A DNA stretch of 64,000 nt from a virus. Location: IMG/VR virus record IMGVR_UViG_3300046557_000512, positions 16,302-80,301 of that record; one strand, 5' to 3'. Positions 38,554-47,970 of this stretch are shown in pieces. Within the stretch, counting starts at the first letter, position 1, and every line of letters begins with the position of its first letter. Below the pieces are notes generated by a model. It ran no database searches and was not told the origin of the DNA. It worked only from the letters and a program-made list of their open reading frames with translations. A program made the position numbers and the translations under genes.

Positions 38554-39807
38554 TTACAGGTTGATACCGATCGGCAAACGATAGCGGCGCCCGTAGAGGT
38601 AATGGATCGGATACCCGACGGCGTCCATCATGTGCTCGACCCCCATCGCCTTGTCGACGACCGGTTGGCCGGACTTGTAGATCGTCTGCTCGGCGGACTC
38701 GATGACGTGGCTGCAGGTCCTGTTGACCCGCATGCGGATGGTGCCGTCGGCCGATCGGAACATGGCGTTGACCGCGGCGACACGATCGCTGACGAGCGGG
38801 TGCTTCTTCGGGAAGATGAGCTTGCGATAGCCCTTCTCCCTGAAGATATCCAAGTCGCTTTCGCCGCGGCTGGAGCTCCTGTTCGAGCCGGCGGGGTCGG
38901 GATAGATCGTGATCGCCGACTTGTTGCGGAAATACCGCCTGTCGAGTTCGTCAGCGACCTCCATCGCGTTCGAGTTCGGGAAGTGGATCTCGTCAACGAT
39001 CCATACCTCACCGCTCTCCTGGATCTGCATGATCGCTGCCGACATCGGGTCGACGTTGAAGTCCTGGCCGACGATGATCGGCAACTTGGGATTGTAGAGA
39101 TAATCGCCGACATGCTCGCGCCGGTCGAACTGGTAGTAGACGCGGCCCGACATGCTCTCGAAGGAAGCTTCAAACTCCTGGCGAAAGCTCTTGGGATCCA
39201 TCGAGTTCCGCGCCGTCTCGATTTCCGAGGGCGGGAAGAACGGGCTCATGATCGTCGGAATCTGCCAGCTCATGTATTCCAGCTTGCGCTGGTTTTTCCT
39301 GATCTGGCCGAGACGATACATCTCGTAGAAGTGGTTGAACGACTTGGGGGTGCCGATGATCAGCGCGCGGCCACGGGTCGTCGTCAGCGTCGGGAACAGG
39401 ACCTCCTGCCACACACCGGGACGGAAATCCTGGTATTCGTCCAGGATGAGGAAGTGGAGCGCGCGGCCGCGCAACGTGTCGGGTCGATCGGCGCCCTTGA
39501 GCTGAATGACGACGCCGTTGATGAGACGGATCTCGAGCCGCGTTTCGTGGGTCTTCTTGATCCACGAGGCCGGGATGTTGGCCAGCAGTTCGTCCCACAT
39601 GAGGTCGCGGGCCATCGTGAAGGTCGGCGCCACATACCAAATTATCTTGGGGCCGCGGCCGCGCGCTGCACGAATGATCTCGGCCCGCGCCAGCGTCGTC
39701 TTTCCGAAACGACGGCCGGCGACCAGCGTGCGGAAGCGCGCCGGATGCCTGAACACATCAGCCTGCCCCTTGTGGAGCTTGATGTGCAGCTTGGGCACGT
39801 CGAACAT
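38554..39807 (-). CDS. terL: Terminase large subunit
   Basis: AGRRFGKT, LRG...LILDE, IGTPK, GQDFNVDP, HMMDAVGY. Confidence 0.95.
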   Translation of the reverse strand: MFDVPKLHIKLHKGQADVFRHPARFRTLVAGRRFGKTTLARAEIIRAARGRGPKIIWYVAPTFTMARDLMWDELLANIPASWIKKTHETRLEIRLINGVVIQLKGADRPDTLRGRALHFLILDEYQDFRPGVWQEVLFPTLTTTRGRALIIGTPKSFNHFYEMYRLGQIRKNQRKLEYMSWQIPTIMSPFFPPSEIETARNSMDPKSFRQEFEASFESMSGRVYYQFDRREHVGDYLYNPKLPIIVGQDFNVDPMSAAIMQIQESGEVWIVDEIHFPNSNAMEVADELDRRYFRNKSAITIYPDPAGSNRSSSRGESDLDIFREKGYRKLIFPKKHPLVSDRVAAVNAMFRSADGTIRMRVNRTCSHVIESAEQTIYKSGQPVVDKAMGVEHMMDAVGYPIHYLYGRRYRLPIGINL

Positions 39808-39812
39808 AGCGA

Positions 39813-40376
39813 TCAGACCGAAGTGTCGTCGTCTTCGTCGTCTTCGAGGCCAGCCTGCCAGGCGGCCTCGTTAGCGTCCCTGACGGCCTCGATCTCATCC
39901 TCGGTGTATTCGCCGATGTTCAGGTCGGGCAGCTCGTCTTCGCTCGCTTCGAGCGACGGAATATCCAGGATGGTCCAGCTTTCCTCGCGCGCTTTGGCCA
40001 CGACCTTGATCGCGTTGCCAAGGACGATGAGATCGGCGTTGATGCCGGCGAGCGCCCCGTTCTTCTCTGCGTCGGCAACCTTCCTCATGGTCATCCGCGT
40101 CAGCGCGTTCATGTAGCTGGCGTAGTCCGCCTTGAGCTTGTTGGCCTCGGCGACGCGACGAGCGAGCTCCTCTCGAGCCTTATCATCGACGTCGTTCCGC
40201 ACCTCGTCGAGGCGCGAGTTCTTCTCGATGCCGCGCTCCTTCAGGCCCTTCTCGATCGCCTGGCGCGAAACACCGAAGCGCTCACCAAGCTGGCGCGTGT
40301 TCGCCTCGCCGCGCTCGTAGAGCACGACGATCGTGGCCCATTCGGCGGGCGTCAGGTTGCCGGTGCGGGTCGTCAA
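39813..40376 (-). CDS. terS: Terminase small subunit (N-terminal HTH)
   Basis: HTH TRQLGERFGVSRQAI, helical core, acidic tail, directly upstream of terL. Confidence 0.75.
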   Translation of the reverse strand: MTTRTGNLTPAEWATIVVLYERGEANTRQLGERFGVSRQAIEKGLKERGIEKNSRLDEVRNDVDDKAREELARRVAEANKLKADYASYMNALTRMTMRKVADAEKNGALAGINADLIVLGNAIKVVAKAREESWTILDIPSLEASEDELPDLNIGEYTEDEIEAVRDANEAAWQAGLEDDEDDDTSV

Positions 40377-40564
40377 AGGATCGCCCCTACAGCCTGCAGA
40401 TCAACGGAGTTCGCGGAGTGCATGTTAGTAATATACCACACACACCGCGGAAATGGAACTTGCTCGCGCTGCGAGCGATCACCGGGGAGTGTTCGATCAC
40501 CCCTCGCGCATATACGCGTGCGTTGCGCTAGGCGTGCGTGCATGCGCGTATACGCGTGAAAGAG

Positions 40565-40592
40565 ATTCCTAGAATCTAAGAATCTAGAATCA
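40565..40592. repeat. AGAATC(T) short repeats forming four GANTC sites
   Basis: GANTC at 40565, 40573, 40581 and 40588 in AT-rich intergenic DNA upstream of terS. Confidence 0.7.
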
Positions 40593-40666
40593 GTATTATA
40601 TTCACTTCGTTCATATAATGATGACGAGGTCATTTTTTTATCAATTTGGACAGTCATGTTGACCTA

Positions 40667-40954
40667 TTAGATTGTCGGCCTGAAAATCGCATATCCCGCG
40701 GTGGTCGCACTGTAGGTGCGCAAAGAGCGCTTCCGGCGAGTCACGAGCTTGTCCTCGCGAACCAGGCCATGCGCGGCGAGATGCCGAAGGCTGCAGAGCA
40801 TGGCTCCTCGGGTGGTGTTCGGCGCGACGAGGTCGATCAGCTGCATCACGTCGAGCAGGGTGCCGTCGGGGTTTCGCCGGATCAGCGTCTGCATGATCGC
40901 GGTCTGCTTCGGCGTCATCTTGGGCGGCAGGCGCTTGGCGTCCAGCTGCATCAT
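40667..40954 (-). CDS. Small winged-helix DNA-binding protein
   Basis: MTPKQTAIM...TTRGAMLCSLRHLAAHGLV...YSATTAG. Confidence 0.7.
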   Translation of the reverse strand: MMQLDAKRLPPKMTPKQTAIMQTLIRRNPDGTLLDVMQLIDLVAPNTTRGAMLCSLRHLAAHGLVREDKLVTRRKRSLRTYSATTAGYAIFRPTI

Positions 40955-41880
40955 GGCAGCACCAGGGGCTTGGTCGGATCCTGCGCGTCGAAGGCGCGAA
41001 GCGGCAGCACCGCCGGCAGCGACCGGCCGGTCTCAGGGTTCTGCCAGACGCCGTAGAGCGGGCTCGCAAGCGTCATTTGCTGCAGCTGCCCCAGGCAGTC
41101 GCGCATCGACATGTTCGCGACGCGCCGCTCCCCTACTCCGCCCAGTGATTTGCCGGTCTTTTCGAGGCTCGAGTTCTTGTAATAGAAATCCTTGGTCAGG
41201 CGCTCGATCACCGCGCGCTCGCCCTCGGGCAGCTCCATCCATTCAGCCAGGATCGCTTCAAGATCGGCGGGATCGGCCTTGAACGTCGATCGGAAGAAGC
41301 GGATGCCGACGTCGTACTTGTTCGAGCGCATCGGCTTGACGAACTGGAAGCCTGCGCGGTGCGCGAACTGGTTGTATTTCGACATCGAGGATTGGATCTC
41401 GATGTAGCGTTTGCCCTCCATCCGTGCGGCCAGATTGGTGAAGCGGTATGCGAGACCAGCGCCGCGATACATCGTGTCGACCACGACGCGCGCGACCACC
41501 GACATGTTCGCGTTGATCCACTTCATCCGATATTGATTGGTGATCTTATTGTCCTGGCCGGTGGGCTTCAGCTTCGGAAACAGGACATGGCGTTCCTTCA
41601 GAAGAAGCTTGGGGCTCGCCATCACCAACACGCCGACGAGCTCGTCGCCGAGCTTCAACGTGAAGTGGTGGCTTCCCGCCGGCAGCGTGCCGTGCTGCTT
41701 GTAGTGGAGGCCCTCGAGCACGCGCCAATCCTCGATCGTGCCGCGCTGGACGGTCATGTCGTCGAGCAACGAGAGCTTGGGGCGCGCGATGCCGCGCTCG
41801 AACACCCAAGGTGCTTCGAGCCTTGCAGATTCGGGGTTGTCAGCGATCTGCTTGATCGCTAGATGTGTGTCATTGACCAT
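40951..41880 (-). CDS. GNAT-fold acetyltransferase-like protein
   Basis: LEGLHYK, VVARVVVDTMYRGAGLA (acetyl-CoA motif A), F..RAGF. Start MVNDTH overlaps the ATPase stop. Confidence 0.78.
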   Translation of the reverse strand: MVNDTHLAIKQIADNPESARLEAPWVFERGIARPKLSLLDDMTVQRGTIEDWRVLEGLHYKQHGTLPAGSHHFTLKLGDELVGVLVMASPKLLLKERHVLFPKLKPTGQDNKITNQYRMKWINANMSVVARVVVDTMYRGAGLAYRFTNLAARMEGKRYIEIQSSMSKYNQFAHRAGFQFVKPMRSNKYDVGIRFFRSTFKADPADLEAILAEWMELPEGERAVIERLTKDFYYKNSSLEKTGKSLGGVGERRVANMSMRDCLGQLQQMTLASPLYGVWQNPETGRSLPAVLPLRAFDAQDPTKPLVLP

Positions 41881-42517
41881 GCACACGCTCGATAACAATC
41901 CGCTCGTGAAAGCGCTTCGTGATTTTGAGGCTCGGTGCGAGCTCATCGACGAGGTCACTGTGCGTGGTCGCGACGATGAGGGTCTTTCCATTTGCACGCG
42001 CCGCCTTGGCGAGGTTCCAGGCGACAATCTTCGCCGTCGTGCGATCCAGGACCGCACCAAACTCGTCAGCGACCCAGACATCAGCGCCGCATTCGATCAG
42101 CTTGGCGAGGCGGTATCGATATTTCTGCCCGTCGCTGAGCTCTTGGGGCTTGCGAATATAGAGATACGCGTCGGAGAGCCCGGCGATCGAGAGCAGCCGG
42201 ATCGCTTCAGCCATGTTATCGGGACACAGCTGGTCTATGATCGCAACGTCGTTGCACAGCTCGACTTCGTCTATGTTCGCAACCTTCTGGCCAGCAGCCT
42301 CGAGGGCTGCGCTCGTCTCGCGAAGGAGCACAGATTTGCCGGCGCCCGACTGTCCGTTGATGTAGACGACCTCACCAGGCTCAACATCAAACTCCACACC
42401 ATCGAGCACGACAAACTCGCGGTCCTCGAGGCCGAGTCCAAACGCTTCCGCTACCTTGATGACCCGGTCGCTGCGCGTCACGCGGGTCTGGAATGACTTG
42501 TTCAAAGTGATCTTCAT
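41870..42517 (-). CDS. Stand-alone ABC-type ATPase (no permease)
   Basis: Walker A GQSGAGKS, signature LSDGQ, Walker B VWVADE, H-loop ATTH. Confidence 0.88.
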   Translation of the reverse strand: MKITLNKSFQTRVTRSDRVIKVAEAFGLGLEDREFVVLDGVEFDVEPGEVVYINGQSGAGKSVLLRETSAALEAAGQKVANIDEVELCNDVAIIDQLCPDNMAEAIRLLSIAGLSDAYLYIRKPQELSDGQKYRYRLAKLIECGADVWVADEFGAVLDRTTAKIVAWNLAKAARANGKTLIVATTHSDLVDELAPSLKITKRFHERIVIERVHGQ

Positions 42518-42951
42518 TCGGCGCCCTCATCGATGAGGCTGTCGTAGCCCATCGCCTTGTCCTGGATGTGGGTTTTGAGCAGGTCACAGCCGCCGAGGAA
42601 CATCGCCAAGTGCTCCTCCAGGCCCGGCGAGAAGATCGTCTCGACATACCCCATGAAGCGCTCGTTGCTTTCGGCGCCCGCGACGATCGCGACGTGCCGT
42701 ATCTCGCCCGATCGCGCGCGGTCGGCGAGCGTCTCGAGCACTTGCGCAGTCATCTCGCGTGCTTCGCGGCGCTCCTCCTCGCCGGTCATGACCGGGCCGC
42801 CGTAGATCGGCAGCACGTTGCTCTCGAGCGGCTCCTCATCGGGTTCAGCGTCGACCAACATGATGACGACCTTTTGCCCAGGGGCAGGCTGAAGAATATC
42901 CGCGGCGAGCTCGCGCAGCGCCTCGAGATCGTGCAGTTCAGGCATGCGCAT
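42514..42951 (-). CDS. Acidic hypothetical protein
   Basis: Coupled to the ATPase (ATGA overlap). Confidence 0.65.
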   Translation of the reverse strand: MRMPELHDLEALRELAADILQPAPGQKVVIMLVDAEPDEEPLESNVLPIYGGPVMTGEEERREAREMTAQVLETLADRARSGEIRHVAIVAGAESNERFMGYVETIFSPGLEEHLAMFLGGCDLLKTHIQDKAMGYDSLIDEGAE

Positions 42952-43621
42952 TGAGCCATCCTTCGAATGCGTCGAGGCCAGTCTTGCCCGTCTGATCCTC
43001 GATCTTGGCGATGAAGCGCTTGAACAACGGCTCCATCCTGACCGGCACCGCCTTGAAGCCGAATACCTTGGAGATCGGCGTCATCGCGTCATCGACCGCG
43101 GCGACCTTGCCGGCAGTCTCGGCATCTTGCGCATCGATCTCGGCATCGAGATCGCCGGCGAGTCCGCCCATGTTCATTGCCCCCAGGTCCTCGGTCAGGA
43201 ATCCAAGTTCATGATCATCGAGGCCCAGGGACGCGAGATCGACGTCGTCGGCGTTCGCCAGGCGCTCAAGTTCCTCGGCGAGAAAGCCGCTGTCGTATTC
43301 GGTGCCTTGGGTCTTGTTGTCGGCGATACGCGCGGCGTCAGCCTGGTTCTTGCTGAGGTGCTTCGCCCATTTCACCGGGAACTCGACGTGACCCATCTTC
43401 AGCAGGCACTGGAAGCGCTTGTGCCCGGCGATGATGATCCCGTCGATGTCTACGATGATCGGGTTGAACAGACCATATTCGCGGATCGACTTGATCGTCG
43501 CCTCGACGTCTGCACTGGAGTGGATCTTGTTGTTCTTGGCGTAGGGGTGAATGCGGTCGGCCGTCCACATCTCGGTGGGCAGCAACTGCAGGCCGTAGGG
43601 GTCATGTGTGGCGATCACCAT
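42938..43621 (-). CDS. ParB/Srx N-terminal domain protein
   Basis: PYAKNNKIH, SIREYG, IIIAGHKRF, RIADNK. Confidence 0.85.
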   Translation of the reverse strand: MVIATHDPYGLQLLPTEMWTADRIHPYAKNNKIHSSADVEATIKSIREYGLFNPIIVDIDGIIIAGHKRFQCLLKMGHVEFPVKWAKHLSKNQADAARIADNKTQGTEYDSGFLAEELERLANADDVDLASLGLDDHELGFLTEDLGAMNMGGLAGDLDAEIDAQDAETAGKVAAVDDAMTPISKVFGFKAVPVRMEPLFKRFIAKIEDQTGKTGLDAFEGWLNAHA

Positions 43622-43625
43622 GCAC

Positions 43626-43769
43626 TCAATACCTCATCAGGTCGTCAACGCCGGCTGGCTCGACCTCTTCGAAAAACTCGCCTGCATCGCAGCCGTTACA
43701 GGGACGAACCTTGCCGGCGAACACGCAGTCCGAGCACTCATCGAACTTCAGTTCGATATCCTCATCCAT
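43626..43769 (-). CDS. 47-aa acidic Cys4 protein
   Basis: Hand translation MDEDIELKFDECSDCVFAGKVRPCNGCDAGEFFEEVEPAGVDDLMRY, with SD GGAGG. Confidence 0.7.
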   Translation of the reverse strand: MDEDIELKFDECSDCVFAGKVRPCNGCDAGEFFEEVEPAGVDDLMRY

Positions 43770-44421
43770 CGTCCACCTCCTTACTCAGAATGTGCATGAG
43801 CGCGTCGCCGGCGTTGGTGAGCTCGTCGGCTTGGGTGAACCCCTGGGCCTTCATGACACCGCCGATCAGCGCGCGGGCGCGAGCAGCATCAGCCAGCGTC
43901 AGCTTGAAGCGGAGAATCTCGTGCGTCTTGGGGTCCTTGGTCGGCGCGTCCGTCACCGTGTCCATGTCGCCCGCCTCCATTGGGGCGTCGTCCAGGTCCA
44001 AGCCAGAGATGTCGACGCTCAGCGAAGCGGTGAAGGCCGCGACATCGTGGTCGCTCCAGGGCATCACCGCGGTGATGTCGATATCGTCGAGGTCCTCGAG
44101 CAACGAGGCCATCTTGAGCGCATCGTCGTGACCGTAGCGCGCGTTATCGAGCAGGCCGATCTCCATCGCACGGGCGTCGTCGATCTTGCCGAGGTTCCAG
44201 ATCGGCACCTCGCTGAAATCGAGATGAACCGCCTGCTCGACACGGTGCCAGCCACCGATCGACTGCACCGATCCGTCATCGAGTTCGCGCACCAGGACGG
44301 GTCGAAAGAACCCGTGGCGCCGAAGCGATTCACGGATCTTCAGCTCCGCCTCATGGCTGACCACGTTGGTGTTCCAGGGATTGGGGCGAATTTCCCTGGG
44401 GTCTATTGTGTCATTACGCAT
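43762..44421 (-). CDS. ParB/Srx N-terminal domain protein
   Basis: IRPNPWNTN, SLRRHGF..PVLVR, IGGWHR, DNARYG. Confidence 0.85.
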   Translation of the reverse strand: MRNDTIDPREIRPNPWNTNVVSHEAELKIRESLRRHGFFRPVLVRELDDGSVQSIGGWHRVEQAVHLDFSEVPIWNLGKIDDARAMEIGLLDNARYGHDDALKMASLLEDLDDIDITAVMPWSDHDVAAFTASLSVDISGLDLDDAPMEAGDMDTVTDAPTKDPKTHEILRFKLTLADAARARALIGGVMKAQGFTQADELTNAGDALMHILSKEVDDG

Positions 44422-44573
44422 GCACTAGCGCCGGTGAGGTTTTCATGCCCGCCAGTATAGGCGATCTGCCTACGGAAATCCAGCGTTCTTTACCGAAATC
44501 ATCTACACAAAACGCAGGGTAGATGACACACGCACAGTTGCAAACCTACACGCTTTTTGGTAGAGTATTACCG

Positions 44574-46139
44574 ATGAGGCCAGTCGCTCAGTTACTCGCA
44601 AACCCAGTCGTCGCCCAAGTTCGCGGCGTCGACGATGCCGTGCGTCTGCAGCTGTCCGAGGCGATGAGCTACATCATCGAGGGACACGAGCACATGGGTG
44701 CGCCCGGCTGGGATGGTCGCTCGACGCTCTACGACTGGAACACCAACAAATTCCCCGCCGGCTTCCAGGCAACGGCCGAGGCCGTGCTCAAAGCCGCTGG
44801 TTACGACGTTCAGATCCTCAAGCATCCCCTGCCCGCCCCGCTGGGGCCGATGCCCACGCAAGAGAATAGTCTCGTCGACGATTTCGGGCCGAACCCGAGC
44901 TACGACTATCAGTTCCTCGCCCCGCTGATCCTTGAGCGCCACGGCACGATGATTGCGCGCTGCGCGACCGGCGCCGGCAAGAGCCGCATTGCGAAGCTGT
45001 GCATCAAGCGCATCGGCCGCAAGACGCTGTTCATGACCACGCGCCAGGTGCTCCTCTACCAGATGGGGGAAGCGCTCGAGGCGGCCGGCTTCAAGGTCAG
45101 CTATGTCGGCGATGGCTCGTGGGACACCTCCGGCGACGTCGTGCTCGGCATGGTGCAGACGCTTGTCGATCGCCTGACCGAGCAGCCCAAAGGCATCAGC
45201 ATGTCGATGTCGCCCACGCAGATCAGCCAGGCGACGGACAAGTGGCGCGCGCGGCGCGATGAGTGCGTCGATTTCCTCCAGGAGATCGAGTTTGTCATCG
45301 GCGAGGAAGCGCACGAGGCCGGCGGCAACAGCTACTTCACCGTCCTCAAGAATTGCCGCAAGGCCGCGTATCGACTGGCTTTAACCGGCACGCCGATGAT
45401 GCGCGACGGCGAAAGCAACGCGCGTTTGATCGCCATGTTCGGCCCGATCCGAATGGAAGTGACCGAGGAGATGCTGATCCAGCGCGGCATTCTCGCGCGA
45501 CCGATCTTCAAGATCCTCGATTCGGAAGCGCCACCCACCCTGCGCCGCGGCTCCGCGTGGCAGAAAGCCGAGCAGATCGGCATCGTAGACAACATGTGGC
45601 GCAACAAGCGCATTTGCGCTGAAGCGATCCGCGCAAGCCGGTTCGGTCTGTCGACGATGATCCTGGTCAAGCGCAAGGTCCACGGCGAGATCCTGAAAAA
45701 CATCCTCGCCGGCGCGGGCATGCGCGTAGAATACATCTACGGCGACAGCAACAAGACGAAGCGCGACAAGGCGCTGAAAGACATGCGCGACGGCAAGTTG
45801 GATGTGCTGATCGGCTCGACGATCCTTGACGTGGGTGTCGACGTGCCGGCGATCGGCATGTTGATCCTGGCTGGCGGCGGCAAAGCAGAGGTTGCGATCC
45901 GCCAGCGCATCGGTCGCGGGCTCCGCGCGAAGAAGCGCGGCCCCAACGTCTGCTACGTGCTCGATTTCCGCGACAAGATGAACAAGCACCTGGCGGGCCA
46001 CAGCGCCCAGCGGCTCGAGATCCTGAAGCAGACCCCAGGCTTCGCTGAGAACATCCTGCCCAAGGGCAAGGACTTCGACTTCATTGGCGACGGGTTCGTT
46101 GCCGCGAACGACAACACCAGACAGGCAGCTGCAGCGTGA
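44574..46139 (+). CDS. Superfamily 2 DNA helicase
   Basis: ATGAGKS, EEAH, TGT, DVGVDVP, QRIGRGLR. Promoter TTGCAA-N17-TAGAGT (44538-44566) ends 7 nt before ATG 44574. Confidence 0.9.
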   Translation: MRPVAQLLANPVVAQVRGVDDAVRLQLSEAMSYIIEGHEHMGAPGWDGRSTLYDWNTNKFPAGFQATAEAVLKAAGYDVQILKHPLPAPLGPMPTQENSLVDDFGPNPSYDYQFLAPLILERHGTMIARCATGAGKSRIAKLCIKRIGRKTLFMTTRQVLLYQMGEALEAAGFKVSYVGDGSWDTSGDVVLGMVQTLVDRLTEQPKGISMSMSPTQISQATDKWRARRDECVDFLQEIEFVIGEEAHEAGGNSYFTVLKNCRKAAYRLALTGTPMMRDGESNARLIAMFGPIRMEVTEEMLIQRGILARPIFKILDSEAPPTLRRGSAWQKAEQIGIVDNMWRNKRICAEAIRASRFGLSTMILVKRKVHGEILKNILAGAGMRVEYIYGDSNKTKRDKALKDMRDGKLDVLIGSTILDVGVDVPAIGMLILAGGGKAEVAIRQRIGRGLRAKKRGPNVCYVLDFRDKMNKHLAGHSAQRLEILKQTPGFAENILPKGKDFDFIGDGFVAANDNTRQAAAA

Positions 46140-46414
46140 TCGCGCCGACCGATATCATCATCAAAGCCGTCAACATCAAGCTCGCGAAGGGGGCGCACAC
46201 GCGCGCCAAGGACATAGCTCGCCGCAACCGGCTCAAGCTCCAAGATGTATTCTCCGGGATGCTCTTGCGTCTTCCCGAAGAGGACATCGTTCGCGCGGCA
46301 CGCGAGCATGCGGCCGCCGAGGAGTCGATGCCCAAGGCTGTCCGTGGCGTCGTCGAAAACGCCCACCTCCTCACCGACGCTGACAAGAAGGCGATCATCG
46401 ATGCTCTCTCGTAA
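46136..46414 (+). CDS. Small putative ribbon-helix-helix protein
   Basis: KAVNIKL strand followed by two helices, coupled to the helicase. Confidence 0.55.
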   Translation: MIAPTDIIIKAVNIKLAKGAHTRAKDIARRNRLKLQDVFSGMLLRLPEEDIVRAAREHAAAEESMPKAVRGVVENAHLLTDADKKAIIDALS

Positions 46415-46991
46415 CCTGATCGGCTTCGTCGGTCAGCCAGGCCACGGCAAGTCTACCGCGATACGCGTGGCTCAGCGCCTGTTTGGTGCCGTCGCGTTCG
46501 ACACCGGCGCCCCGCTGCGCCGCGGCTGCATGGATCGTTACGGTCTTTCATGGAACGATGTCTTTACCCAAGAGGGCAAGCTGCGCATGGTCCGTCGTCC
46601 GGAGCGTGGCGACGTCGTGACTGTTCGGCAGGCGCTGGGCGACTTCGGCAAGGAGATCGAAGCGACGAGCCCCGACAAGAACATTTGGACCACGATCGCG
46701 GTCGATGATGCGCTGCAGACCTTGTTTCCGCTCATCGTGTTCGACAGCGTTCGCATGGGTCAAGGCGAGGTCATCCAGCGCGCCGGCGGCTTCGTTATCG
46801 AGATTGTCGATCCGCGCAAGCCGAGCAGCTCACACGATTTCGATCAGTACGATCCGCGGTTCGTCAACTGCCGCGTCACGAATAATGGCTCGATCGAAAA
46901 GTTCGAGCAGGATGTCGAGATCGCTTTGCTCTGGGCGATGCTCACCGACGCGCAGCGCGCGGCGTGGGAAGCGTCAGCGAAGGCCGCTTGA
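46401..46991 (+). CDS. Deoxynucleoside monophosphate kinase-like P-loop protein
   Basis: LIGFVGQPGHGKST, TVRQALGDFG, IVFDSVR, NNGSI. Confidence 0.78.
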   Translation: MLSRNLIGFVGQPGHGKSTAIRVAQRLFGAVAFDTGAPLRRGCMDRYGLSWNDVFTQEGKLRMVRRPERGDVVTVRQALGDFGKEIEATSPDKNIWTTIAVDDALQTLFPLIVFDSVRMGQGEVIQRAGGFVIEIVDPRKPSSSHDFDQYDPRFVNCRVTNNGSIEKFEQDVEIALLWAMLTDAQRAAWEASAKAA

Positions 46992-47049
46992 CCCGATAAA
47001 TCGACAAGCCTAACGATCGGTCAATCGATTCGTTGGCAGGTGGATTTGC

Positions 47050-47685
47050 ATGCTGGTCATCAGTTTCATCAGTCAGAAGGGCGGCGTGGGCAAATCGGTG
47101 CTCGCGCGATTGCTCGCCACTGAGCTCACCGGCGCAGGCTACACCACTCGCATCGCGGACCTGGATGTCCAGCAGGCGACCTCGACCCGCTGGGCCGGGC
47201 TACGGCTGGAGAATGGCCACTCGCCGGCGGTGGACGCGCGCTTCTATAAGTCGGTCGGCCAGGCAATCCGGGAAGCCGAGGGCACCGACGTTCTGATCTT
47301 CGACGGCAAGCCTATCGCGGATGCACAGGCCACCGAGGCCGCGCGCAAATCGAACCTGATCGTTCTTCCCACTGGGGCTAGTCTCGATGACCTGCAGCCC
47401 GCGGCGCAGCTGGTCCACGCTCTGCTGAAAGAGGGCGTGCCGGCGAAGCGTATCCTTATCATGCTGGTCGGCCAGATGACCGAATTGACGGAAGCGGACG
47501 CTCGCACTGTGCTGACCAATGCCGGCATGCGCGTCGCCGTAAGCAAGCTGCGCAAGCTCCCCAGCTATGAGGCTGCATTGGGCCAGGGGCTATCACCAAC
47601 CGAGACATGGGGAAAGCCGGGGCTGCGCGCCGAAGCGGCGGCGGTGGCCGAGGAGATCGTCGACGTGTTGAAGGAGGCCAAGTGA
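47050..47685 (+). CDS. parA: Short (type Ib) ParA partition ATPase
   Basis: SQKGGVGKS deviant Walker A, ADLDVQQ. 211 aa with no N-terminal HTH. Confidence 0.9.
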   Translation: MLVISFISQKGGVGKSVLARLLATELTGAGYTTRIADLDVQQATSTRWAGLRLENGHSPAVDARFYKSVGQAIREAEGTDVLIFDGKPIADAQATEAARKSNLIVLPTGASLDDLQPAAQLVHALLKEGVPAKRILIMLVGQMTELTEADARTVLTNAGMRVAVSKLRKLPSYEAALGQGLSPTETWGKPGLRAEAAAVAEEIVDVLKEAK

Positions 47686-47930
47686 TGACGAAGAAAGATG
47701 AGGCGACCGGGAAGGCTGCCGGCGAGCGCACCGCAAGGTTCGGGCTCGACATTACTCCCCTGCCCGCTCTTTCAGAAGCAGTCGAAGACAAGGACTATTT
47801 CAGCGCCCGCGTTCCCAAGAGCTATATCGCCAAGTTTCGGACTGCGCAGGCCGCCGAGGGAGAGAAGCACGGTTGGCGCTTCTTCATGAAGGTCCTCGAC
47901 TTCTACCTCGAGCACCACTCGCCAAAATAG
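47685..47930 (+). CDS. Small ParA partner (ParG-like, RHH)
   Basis: Coupled to parA (TGATG). Flexible N-terminus then YFSARVP strand-helix-helix. Confidence 0.65.
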   Translation: MTKKDEATGKAAGERTARFGLDITPLPALSEAVEDKDYFSARVPKSYIAKFRTAQAAEGEKHGWRFFMKVLDFYLEHHSPK

Positions 47931-47970
47931 GTCTTGCGCGGTCCCGCGCTTGATCGTATGTGCATAGTCG

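Noticed and set aside
40418-40444. Further copies of the 21-bp motif here and near 7348
   Set aside because: Only one half-site matches or the spacing is wrong, so they were not counted.
41870-42517. ABC transporter
   Set aside because: No permease or substrate-binding genes. The ATPase is coupled to a GNAT, so it is not a transport system.
42938-44421. Plasmid partition ParB genes
   Set aside because: Only the ParB/Srx N-terminal domain is present, in the packaging operon. parA has its own small partner at 47685.
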